From Monocercomonoides exilis PA203 (lineage: Eukaryota > Protista > Preaxostyla): DNA of 64,000 nucleotides. The translations under genes were made by a program, and so were the position numbers. Every line of letters starts with the position of its first letter. Position 1 is the stretch's first letter. The DNA is taken from NCBI GenBank assembly GCA_001643675.2, contig LSRY02000014.1, positions 868,001 through 932,000 on the forward strand, written 5' to 3'. A model generated the notes under the pieces. That model was given only the letters and a program-made list of their open reading frames with translations. It did not search any database and had not been told where the DNA came from. Below are positions 11,805 through 22,500 of this stretch, piece after piece.

Positions 11805-12180
11805 CAGATTGTGCAAAAAATACCGGACAAGATTGATTTCACAATAACTGCAAGAGGAACAATTCTGTTTGTTTTCCTCAAAATATATCTCATCAATACA
11901 AACTCATTTTATACACGAGACTTTCAAAGCAGCCTGATTTATCCTCAAAAATAAAATTCTGAAATTTGGGAGAAACTGGGTTTTGAGTTTTTCTGAAATT
12001 TCAATCATTAATGTTTTCTGAGCACAAACGAAGCTGTTTCGAAAGTCCTGCATTTTTATTGAGTAATTATTGGGGAGATATATTTTGAGAAAAATTCACA
12101 GAATTATTCCTTTTGCGGTTTTTGTGAAATCGTTCTTGTACGGTATTTTGTGCGATGTCCGGTGTTTTTTGCGAAAACTG
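11805..12180. mobile_element. Tc1/mariner-type palindromic MITE (CAG...CTG family E), diverged copy
   Basis: ta|cagattgtgcaaaaaataccggacaag ... tgtccggtgttttttgcgaaaactg; homologous to 14950-15346. Confidence 0.75.
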
Positions 12181-12644
12181 AATTTAATAATTTTTAATAA
12201 ATGTGATTGGAAAAATATCAATTGTTCAGAATGTTTAAATAAAACATCATAAGAATATTTCAACAATTTTCAAAAAATTTGATAAACAAATTCAATAAAA
12301 TTGAATAAAATAAAAAATTGAAGTTAAAACAAAAGGGAAAATATTAATGAATAAATAATTTTCTAAAATCACTTTCAATTAGAAGTTTGGAAAAAAAGAG
12401 AAAGATAATTCATTGGAATATGTTTTTAGAATAAAATTTCGTTAGACATATGACGATGTGATATATTCAATTTTCATAAGTCGATTCTTTTTCACAAAAG
12501 TTTTTCATAATACAAATTAGATACAGAAAATACCATATTGAATTTCTCACAATCAGTAAAATAAATGTTAAAAAAATGATCTTTTTAAAAAAAACCTCAA
12601 TTAATGGGATATATTGTTAATAACGCTTTTCAGAAGTGAACATT

Positions 12645-14190
12645 ATGTCTCAAATCAACATTGAAAGCATTCTTGAAAGTGTCGAAAAACGAAATGTTTT
12701 GCTGAAAGCTCTGCAAATTAAAACAGTAAAAGTTCAACGTTCTATCATTGAAATAGCTTGCAAAAAACTTGAAGATCCATCTCGCTCATTTTTTCGATTG
12801 TCAGGGTTTTCAAGTAATGAATTCGATCTTTTGTTATCACTATTGCAAAAAAGAATCTCCTCAGCACCGTGGAAGAGACAGAGCAATTAACACTTTGGAG
12901 GAACATTTGTTTTTGCTTCTGAATTTTTTGCATCATGGTTCCCCAACACTAACCTTTTCGATTGCTTCGCCTTTCTTCGATTCTCAGAGTGCGACAAACA
13001 GATTGTCGCATTCAATAACATCTTCTCTCAAACACCAATTGGCAGATTTATTCCTAACATTTCGCAAAGACAGGTTGAAAGAAATGAAGGATGTTGGGAT
13101 TGTGCTAGATTGCACCGTGATTCCTATTTGCAGACCAGGAGGAAAACTGAAGGAAGGAAAGAAGTTTTATAGTGGAAAGCATCATTGCTATTGTGGCAAA
13201 GTGGAAGATGGAGTAAATCCATAGACGGGCACAGCGAGCACTATATGCGAGGTTTACACAGGTTCAACACACGATCACAGCGTGTTTAAAGAGCACTATC
13301 CAAAGTTCCAGGACAAAATGGAAGGATCGAAAATACTCGCAGATTCAGCTTATGTGGGTGCAAGACCAGAGCTGGGGGCTATCATTAGTGAACCAGATGG
13401 GACAAAGGAAATTTCATCAAAAATGGTTATTGTTGAGCGTTTTTTCGGAAGACTTAAGACATTATTCTCTGTCTTTCGTTATCCTTGTCCTTTCGATGTT
13501 GAAAAAATCGGAGAGAACTTTTTCGTTGCTTGTTGTCTCACTAATTATCACATTCTTCAAAATTCTCTCGCTGCAAAAGACGAAGAAGCAAATCAACGAT
13601 TTTTGGACAGTTTTGTTTACGATTATTTTCAGAAAAAAGAAGCAAAACGGATTGCAAATGAAAGATACAACACGAGAATCAAAGATAAATTGAATCCTGG
13701 AAATATGCCAGCACACAGAATTTCTTCTCTAGGAGCCCAAAGAGAAGGTTTTCTAATTGAAATATTGACCATAACTTTGCTTTTTATACAAATAAAACAT
13801 TTTTTGAACATTCACATTAACCAAATTTTTTTCAACTAATTGATAGGGCAAACATAGAATTTGGTCGCCATTGATCATGCCATTAGCAGAAGAGAAAAAG
13901 AAAGAGAACAGCTTGAGAGCCAAAGAGAAGAAGAAAGGGTTTGTCTGTTGGAAAGAGAAAGAGAAAGAGAAATTCTAGATACGCAATCAAATGATCATTC
14001 ACTTGATTGGCTTCTCCAATTGCAGTGGAAATCAACAAACATTTTTCTTCCATCTTCAACTGCTCCTTTTCCAGTTTTTCCTGCTTCCTCTTCATCTTTA
14101 TCATCAGCTTCTGCATCTTCATCTTCATCTTCATCTTCATCCTCAGCTCCTCAAAATACTCAAATTCTGATTCCGCTTCAATTATTATAG
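12645..14190 (+). pseudogene. IS5/PIF-Harbinger-type (DDE_Tnp_4) transposase, disrupted
   Basis: FFRLSGFSSNEF, GIVLDCTVIPICRP, FYSGKH, GSTHD, ILADSAYVG, IVERFFGRLK.LF, ACCLTNYH; one frameshift near 12850-12890, in-frame TAG at 13222, probable intron ~13748-13846. Confidence 0.85.
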
Positions 14191-14227
14191 AACTAGCGAT
14201 ATGATATATTTAAATTTAAATACAAGT

Positions 14228-14469
14228 TGGGTGATTCTTTTTGAAAAGTCACAAATGTTTAATTTTCAAATAAATCAAAAATTTCATATTTTGCTCAAGT
14301 TTTCGTTGGCATACACCAAACTTCGCTAATATGGAATCTATTCAAGGATAATGCTATTTCAAACATTCTTGAGGAGATTTGTGAGCTGAAACAGAAATTT
14401 GAGCAAAATATGAAATTTTTATTTTATGAGAAAACTAAGCAAAAGGAATTTTTCAAAAAGAATCACCCA
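14228..14469. mobile_element. MITE family B copy (242 bp)
   Basis: Perfect TIR tgggtgattctttttgaaaa / ttttcaaaaagaatcaccca plus inner inverted repeat; flanks gt/gt. Confidence 0.85.
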
Positions 14470-14675
14470 GTTATTATGAATTTTTCACTTCAATATCAAT
14501 AACAATAAAAACACTTGGTTTTGTTCAAATTGTTTTATTTTTTTTAATGAAAACTTTTTTAAAACAAAGATCATTAAAAATTTTTATATGAAATTTCTTT
14601 CTTTAGCTTTGTTGATTAGAAACTTTTTCTCATTAAAACAATTACTCCAATTTTAAATGATAAATGTTATAAATA

Positions 14676-14945
14676 TGCGGAAAAATATTTCACTTCAGGC
14701 ATTTTCATTGAAAAATTATGCACATTTCATTGATTTTCTGAGAACAAAAAACATTTTAAAAATGGGACCATTTTTTGACATAAGCAGAATGTCACAAAAC
14801 TCCATGTTTTGATTTCAATGATACTTGTTAACAGAAATGAAAACAAAGTTTATTTTGTAATCGAAGAAAGCGAAATAAAGTTATGAGTGAAGCAATTTTT
14901 CTTTTCCTTGTGCAAATAAAGCTTGAAAGTCCGTATTTACCCCCA
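14676..14945. mobile_element. MITE family C copy (270 bp)
   Basis: Colinear with 8142-8413; flanks ta/aa. Confidence 0.8.
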
Positions 14946-14949
14946 AATA

Positions 14950-15346
14950 CAGATATCGCATAAAATACCGGACATCGCATAAAATACCGGACAAGATCGA
15001 TTTCTCAATAACTGCAAGAGGAATATTTCTTGCAATTTTTCTAAAAGTATTTCTCATCAATACAAACTCATTTGATTTACTAAACCTTCAAAATAGCTTC
15101 ATTTGTACTAAGAAAAAATTATTTATTAAAATCGCGGAGAAACTCAAAATCATATTTCTCCGAGGTTTTAAAAATAATTTTTTCTTAGTACAAATGAAGC
15201 TATTTTGAAGGTTTAGTAAATCAAATGAGTTTGTATTGATGAGAAATACTTTTAGAAAAATTGCAAGAAATATTCCTCTTGCAGTTATTGAGAAATCGAT
15301 CTTGTCCGGTATTTTATGCGATGTCCGGTATTTTATGCGATATCTG
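14950..15346. mobile_element. Tc1/mariner-type palindromic MITE (family E) with ~175-bp apparently perfect arms
   Basis: ta|cagatatcgcataaaataccggac ... gtccggtattttatgcgatatctg|ta; TA duplication. Confidence 0.92.
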
Positions 15347-15475
15347 TATAAAAAGGAATTGTCATAAAAATATATCTCATTTACATCATTTTGAAAAATT
15401 GATCATGTTTGTTAAGACGAGAAACTTCCAAAATTGCAAATGTAATAATCATCTGAACTTAAACGAATTTCAGTA

Positions 15476-17505
15476 GGCTGGTTTTTTATCTGGATATTTT
15501 TTTATATGGGAATGAATAAATAAATAATTGTTATTTCACTGTAGCATGTTTGTTTCTTAAAAAAAGTTCACTAGTAATAAATATAATCAATCAACTCTCT
15601 CTTGATTATTTTTCTGGAATTTTCTTGTTTTCTTTCATCTCCAGAATTATCATCAAAAAAAACTTTTTTTCGTGGAATTTTCCTTTTCTTTGGTTTTTCA
15701 TCATCAAACTATTTTTTTTCCACAGTTTTTTCATTATCATCATTCCTTATCTTCTCTTCTTTTATTTTCTTTTGATTTCTCCATTCATCCAAAAAATCTT
15801 GGTCGGTTACACTTTTTCCATGAAAATCAAATCTGCGGTTCTTTTTCTTAAGTGTTACAGAAGGCTCATCAGGCAACGTTGAAAGAACAGTATGCCATTG
15901 ATTTGATAACACACCACCTTTTCAAAACGATGAAACTTTTGTTTCAAGCAATAATGCTGTTTGCAGAGCCTGAGGAAGGGCATCTGCAATTGCTTTTCTT
16001 CGAAGAGAGACAGATGAAGAAGAAGGAACGACATATTTTGTGTTTAATCATTTTTTAAAAAGACGGCAAATACTCCACGGTCGAGAGGCTGAGTGAGGTA
16101 TGTGCTGTGAGGGATGAAAGTTACCACGTCGATGGAGGCATCAGCGAATTTTTGCCAAATGTCGGGCTGTGCTTTCGATGGATGAGGGTCCAGCAGAAGA
16201 AGTCAACTTTCTTCATCTTTGTTCAAAAGAGTTCGTCTTTTCACGATTCCTGGAAGGAGAACATCTTCTGCGTATCTTCTCAATATTGCATCGGCCATCC
16301 AGCCATCGTTGTCTTCCCAGATATTTATTGAAGAACTGAGCATCACACGAAATTCGGCTGGAATTTTCTTTGAAGGCCATAAAACGATGCTTTTCAAAAA
16401 AACAACCGTCTGTAGCAGCAACAACGCACAATGTGGTGTTTGGCATGTTCATGGGCGTTTTGTTGAACCAAGCTGGTGAATCGGAAGGATGCACAACAAG
16501 CTTTTTGGTGGTGTCTGAGAGGCGAAGTGAAGATTCGTCGGTATTAAATATCAATGAAGTAGAATATTTATGAGTATCATGAAGATGTTGAAGAAGTTCA
16601 TAGAAAGGCTGGAGAGTTTGTTTGTTTGACACAGCTAATCGTTGAAAGTCGACGTTACGTGGAAGAGATTCTTTGAGGTGCGGATTCCTTTTTATGAACG
16701 AATATGGAGATGACTTCGAAATTTCCACTTCTTCTTTTTCTTCTTCAAATAGATTTTTGTCTGTCATTTCTGACAGATTCCATCTAAAAAAAGATAACAA
16801 TAAATTTTAATTTGTTTATAAGTGAATAAGCAAACCAATTGTTTCATTTAAGAAACAGAAATGCTCACTCCACTTGAACTTTCACAGCGAATTACATCCT
16901 CTGCTGTTTTCTTTTCTTCGTCTGTGAACAACTCTTGGTGTCCTGTTACACCAACTTTTCTTTTATTTTCCAAAGCTGTAATTGCTCTATTTATGGCTGA
17001 ACTCGTGCAGATTCGCTGCATCAACGATCCTTGCCTTTCCATCTAAAACGATTGTTGCAATTCGTTCCAAACGATTTTCTATTTGCCTATAACCAAATGC
17101 CATCATTTGATTTCTAATGTTTAACAATCCTTGTTCTGTTTTGTTTTTGATAACACTCATAACAAAAAAATTCTGGTTATGATCTTATTTTTATTTTTTT
17201 AAAAAAAATTTTTTTGAAAAGAAAAAAAAAAAATAAAAAATTTTTTTTTCGATTAAATTCTAACTTAGTAATACCCCTTGCTATTACCTAATCTCCTCAG
17301 GGGAGGCACTAATCAGAGATGGAGGAACTAACCCTCCATCAGCACTCCCATCAGAGATTAGGTATAGTAATTTAATCTGAAATACTAATTGCTGACTTTT
17401 CCTTATATATCACAAATATGATAAAATATCCAAAAAGTGGGAAAAAATAATTCATAATAAAAATTTTTGTCCGGATAATAAAATGTCCGGATAAAAAAAC
17501 CACCC
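15476..17505 (-). mobile_element. pogo/Fot1-type (DDE_1, DD35D) DNA transposon with decayed transposase
   Basis: TIRs ta|ggctggttttttatctgga and tccggataaaaaaaccaccc|ta; minus-strand LIFNTDESS, LLLDPHPS, STYLTQPLDRGVF (35 aa between D2 and D3); stops and frameshifts; intron 16835-16784. Confidence 0.88.
17287..17362. repeat. 76-bp GC-richer hairpin insert, possible mini-MITE
   Basis: ta|cctaatctc ... gagattagg|ta with inner stem gatggagg/cctccatc. Confidence 0.5.
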
Positions 17506-17637
17506 TAATCATTTAAAATTGAAATGAAACACACTTTATAACACTTATTCAAACATATTGTTCGATTCATGTAAATATTTCTAATAATAACAGCAAGAAC
17601 AAAACACAAAATAAGCGATCAAATCACTTTCATAATA

Positions 17638-17845
17638 TGGCTGATCCTTTTTGAAATCATTTTTTCGTTCGAGTTTTAATCAAAAATTTAATCTCAATAA
17701 GATTTAGAAAAAATTTTGTTTTTGCAATAGCAATATCATAAACAATACGTGTTTCCTATTTAAACTCATTTTTTTCAAAATTCCACTGAAAACAAAATTT
17801 TGATCAAAACTCGAACGAAAGTGTGATTTCAAAAAGGATCAACCA
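17638..17845. mobile_element. MITE family D copy (208 bp)
   Basis: tggctgatcctttttgaaatca ... tgatttcaaaaaggatcaacca; flanks ta/ta. Confidence 0.85.
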
Positions 17846-17984
17846 TATGTTAATTTGAGATCAAAAAAAAGATAGATCAAATACCGAATTGAGTACGTCA
17901 ACACCAAATAGAAGAATTGAAAACGAGTTAATAGAATCAAAATGAAATTACCCCATAAATTCGAAAAATGTCCGTTTCCAACAA

Positions 17985-18058
17985 GCCCGCTTAGCTCAGT
18001 ACGGTAGAGCGTTAGACTCTTAATCTAACGGTCGAGGGTTCGACCCCCTCAGCGGGCG
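17985..18058 (+). tRNA. tRNA-Lys (anticodon CTT)
   Basis: Acceptor stem gcccgct/agcgggc, D arm gctc..gagc, anticodon arm ttaga-ctCTTaa-tctaa, T loop ggttcga, followed by an oligo-T Pol III terminator. Confidence 0.97.
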
Positions 18059-18127
18059 ATTCCTTTTTATTTTATTAACTTATTTTTTTTAATTGAAATG
18101 TCAAAATTAAAAAAATATTTCTTCATT

Positions 18128-18716
18128 TTATTTGCCAATCATTTTTTCCGCATATCCAGCATTCTTTGTAAGCATCTTTACTGAAGAATCACATTCAGAT
18201 ATCATTTTCTTCAATTGTTCATTTATTCTGTGACACTCGCCTAATCCCTGCTCATATCTTTGAAGAACATTTCTCCATATTGTTTCCTCATCATGAGTAG
18301 ATTTCTCCATTTCTTCAGTTTTTTCTCGAACTTCAGACGAAACCGAACTTAGTTGTGCCTTTAACTCTTGGAGCGACTTTTGGGCTTTGTCAACTTCGGC
18401 TTGTTCATCAAGTTGTTTTTTGGTTACTTGAATTTTCCTTTGGCACTCTGTAATGGTGTGACTAAAAAAGAAAGTTATCTCATTTTATAACATTAACTCA
18501 AACTCAATTCCTTCTGTTGTTAGGGATTGTGCACGTTCTTCAATTTGACGCAACAAAAGCTCCATTTTATCATTGTCTTCTTGAAGTGTAAGCTTATCTT
18601 TAACAATTCCTTTTAATGTTTCTTCTGCTTGAACAATATTCTTTTATTGGAAAGGGGATTGAAAATGTAGAAAAAATTGTTTAAGATTAAACCTCTGATA
18701 AAACAAGCAAATCCAT
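18128..18716 (-). CDS. Hypothetical coiled-coil protein (3 exons)
   Basis: MDLLVLSE|NIVQAEETLK..LLLRQIEER..|..QKSLQELKAQL..; GT-AG introns keep the frame open; heptad composition; family not recognised. Confidence 0.6.
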
Positions 18717-19579
18717 GTAAAGAAATTCAAAACGTGTAGAACTATTTTTATTTGCACAACAGAAGTTATTTTTTTCAAATAATCAGTTTTGTATTGCACA
18801 GAAAGAGCTGCTTTGATTAAATATTGTCAAGAAAGATATTATGGATTTCTTTAAACGAAAAATGAAAAAAATGCTCTTTTTCCTAAATAACATTTTAAAT
18901 GATTAATTATCGCCAAACATCAACAGAGTTTGTAAAACCCAAAATAAACATGCTTAAAACGAATTAAAAATGGATTAAAGAAAAAAGTACTCATTTATCC
19001 AAAAAATGAAGTTTATGAGTGTACACCCAACGTAAACAACAGGAAAAATAACATATCTTGGACCAAAACCTAAGCAGTGAAAGAAATTGGTAAAAAAAGA
19101 AAAAATTAAAAAAATGCTGTTTCAATAAAATGGAAATTAAAAAGAATAAAACATAAACATAAGGATAAATATGTAAATTATAACAAAGTCAAACAAGAAT
19201 TAAAAAGGGGCACATTCACAAAAAATTGTAAAATTTTACACTTGAAGCAAATCAAAATTTAGCTCAAACAAAAATAAACCTATAGTAAAAAAGAAAAGAA
19301 AGAAAAGAAAAGAAAAGAAAAGAAGAATAATTTCTGTGTAAGTATAAAAAAAACAGAAGATTGAAAGAAGAAATACTTTAAAATAAATCAAAAATAAAAA
19401 TAAAATAAAAATTTATATTCAAAAAAATTAATTAATTAATATATAATTAAAAAATAGCTTCAGACAATATGAAGAATGAAGAAGGAAAAAGGAAAAAATA
19501 AAAAAAAAAAAAAAAAGAAATGAAAAAGAAAAAAGAAAAAAGAGATAAAAAAACAAACAGATAAAAAACAAACAGCTCT

Positions 19580-22500
19580 CTATTCGTGTGGAGAAAGCGA
19601 ACGGCGTGTTGGCGAGCGTCCGCGGCGTCTGATTTGGACGAGTGCAGCAGAAGAAGAGCTGTCCAGCTGACCAGAATGATGTGGAAGAGCAATGCTGTGC
19701 ATGGTGGTGGAGGAAGAGGAGGAAGAAGAAGAAGATGAAGAAGATGAAGAAGAAGAAGAGGGAGAAGAAGAAATACTTGAAATAGCAGCAGTATTAGTAA
19801 TATTAGAAGAAGAAGAAGAAACAGAAGAAGAAGCTGCTGCTGAAGAAAGTGATGAAGTTGATGATGAAGCAGATGAAGCAGATGTTGAAGCTGAAGGTGC
19901 TGTTGAATAACCATTCTTAGATACATTACTTGATGACAGTGTTGTTGTTGATGAATCAAAAGGTGCTGAAGAAGAAGAAGAAGATGATGATGATAATGAA
20001 GAAGCAGAAGAAGAAGGAGGAGAGGAAGCCGAAGCAGAAATACAAGAAGAAACAGAAGCAGAAGAAGAAGAAGCTGATGAAAAAGCAGCAAGTGCTGCAG
20101 AAGATGGAACATGCACTGAAGCTGAAGAAATCGATGAAGATGACAAAACAGATGAAGTAGAAGTAGAAGTAGAAGAAGAAGCAGAAGAAGCTGCATAAGC
20201 TGCATTTTGTGTGCCAGGCGAGCCCCAAACAATCGCCTGGCTCTCTTCAGACAGCTTGTTCTCGCTGTGATGTGTGCTTCTGGGCAGATGACATGAAATA
20301 TTCACATTAGCATTAGCATTTGCATCAGAATAAGCATTATCATGAACATTAACATTAGCATTAGCATTCAAATTTGCATTCAAATTTGTATTCATATTAA
20401 TAACCGCATTCTCCTTTTCCTTCTTCTCCCTCACAGAATTCTGCGCTTTCTTCTTTTTGTGCGGCCTCTTTTTGCGGAAGATGTCGAAAAGGGCGCCGTC
20501 AGAGCGGTCAGAAAGCGATATCACATTGTGCGAGATCGAGTGACGCTTCCTTCGATGCTTCAACGAATGCCTGTGGTGCTGTGCAGCTGGTTGTGCAACT
20601 GGCTGAATATCTTTCTGTGTAGCTTGCTGTGAAACTAGCTGCTTTTCAGAGGAAATTTTGATCTTGTGATCATGTTTGTGAGTGTGTTGATGTTTGAATT
20701 CATGCTCACGTTCTTTATCTCTATCTCTATCTCCATTTCCTTCAACAGCAGCATCTCCAGCTTCATCTACCACTCCATCCAAGCTAACACCAACTTTACC
20801 TTCCTCACCAACCTTCCATTCTCCTTCCTGCTCCACTTCTTGTTCCTGCTCCACCCTCTTCTTATTCCCATGCCTTCTCCTGTGGTGCTTATGATGCTTG
20901 TGATGCTTGTGATGCTGCATATCCACCAATGGCGGGTCAAGAGAGAGCGACAAGCACGATGCTGAATCTATTCCTGTGCATGTTCCTGTTCCTGTGCATG
21001 TTCCTGTTCCTGTGCATGTTCCTGTGCCTGTGAGTGAGTGATGAGTGGTTGCTGTGTGCAAGGCGTGTGGAGAGATGAGTGTGCTGAGTGACTGGTTGGA
21101 GTTCACTCGCCCTGTCGCTGTGTGCTGCCGGATGGCTATTGCTTTGTGCTTCGGCTTGCCTGTGGTATTTGAATATGCTCCTGAATGTGTACTGAGAGAT
21201 GTGTTAAGAGAGGCTTTCTTGCTCTTCGCTATCTTCTCTGTGGCGTGTGATTGCAGCTGATTCTGGCTCTGGCTCTGACTTTGGCTTTGACTCTGGCTAT
21301 GATTTAAACACAGTTTCATCTTCATTTGTTTCTGGCTCTCTTTCTGCTTCTCTTTCTGCTTCTCTTTCTGCTTCTGCTTCTCTTTTATCTTCTGTTTCTG
21401 ATTCATTCCCATCTTCATCCACTCCTGTCTCAGCGACTCTCTTTCTGTGGAAGAGGAAGTGGAAGAGAAACTGCAGCTTTCCGAGTCAGATGTGGGAGAT
21501 GGCAGAGAAGAAGGGAAAGAGCTGGTGGAAGAGAGAGAGGAAGAAAGAGAAGAAGAACGAGCAGGGGAAAGATGGAAAGATTGGGAAGAAGAACGGCGCT
21601 GGTTGAGGATGCTGAGGAAGGAAGGGGAGGACTTGTTGACAGAGGAGATGGCAGAGGAAAGGATGGAGACTGAAGAAGAAGAAGAAGAAGAGGAAGAGGA
21701 AGAGGAAGAGGAAGAAGAAGGAGAAGAAAAAGACGATGAAAATGAAGAAGAACAAGAAGAAGAAAAAGCATCAGACGAAGCCTGATTAACAGCACCTGAC
21801 GTATTAGTGCCTGCTGGTGATGCAGCCGGCTGCTGAGCTGAGCTTTGAGGAAAAGCGTTCTGAGAGAAGGAGAGGGAGTGGAAGTAGCTGTTGATGTTGG
21901 AGCCCTTCAGAAACTGACTCAGCAGATGGGCGTGGGAAGAGGTGGGGGACGAGGAGAAGGAGAGGGAGAGGGCAGAAAAGGAGGAGGAGGAGGAGGAGGA
22001 GGAAGAAGAAGAAGAAGAGGAAGAGGAAGAAGAAGAAGTTGGTTGTAAAGGGGGTGTTGATGATAGATTAGTGGAGGTGGATGTGGAGCGTGAAGAAGGG
22101 ATGTTTGCAGACAGCACATTGGGATTAGGGCTTGTGTTGATGTTTATAAATGAGTTAGAATTAGCATTAGCATTAGAACTAATATAAGAAGAAGAATTTG
22201 TATTAGAGTTTGTATTTGCATTTGCATTAGAATTAGCATTCAAATAAGAATTGGAGTTAAAAATAGAGTTTATATTAGAAGAAGAACAAGAAGAAGAAGA
22301 AGAAGATATTGGTGATGATGCTATTGATGACAATGATGGAACAACAGGAGATTTGCTGATCTTTGAGAAGCCAAAAGGCGGAGAGTGTGTGAGCGACGAA
22401 AGAGATGAAGAGAAGAAGGAAGGAGCAGATGTTGACAATAGAGAATAAGAAGACGAGGAAGAGGAAGAGGAAGAAGAGGAAGAAGAAGAAGAAGATGATG

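Noticed and set aside
11627-12252. Recurrent short ORFs MxRYILRK..IPLAV.VKS (also 15261, 48147, 48479) as a small gene family
   Set aside because: They are translations of family E MITE arms
13222-13224. In-frame TAG in the transposase as a sign of a non-standard code (TAR = Gln) or readthrough
   Set aside because: RPL5, cathepsin B and CDA end in TAA and CSE1 in TAG at plausible C-termini, and the long genes have no internal TAR; the transposase also has a frameshift, so decay explains it
20971-21030. 18-bp repeat encoding TGTGTC peptide units
   Set aside because: Simple slippage within the low-complexity exon; no evidence of a function
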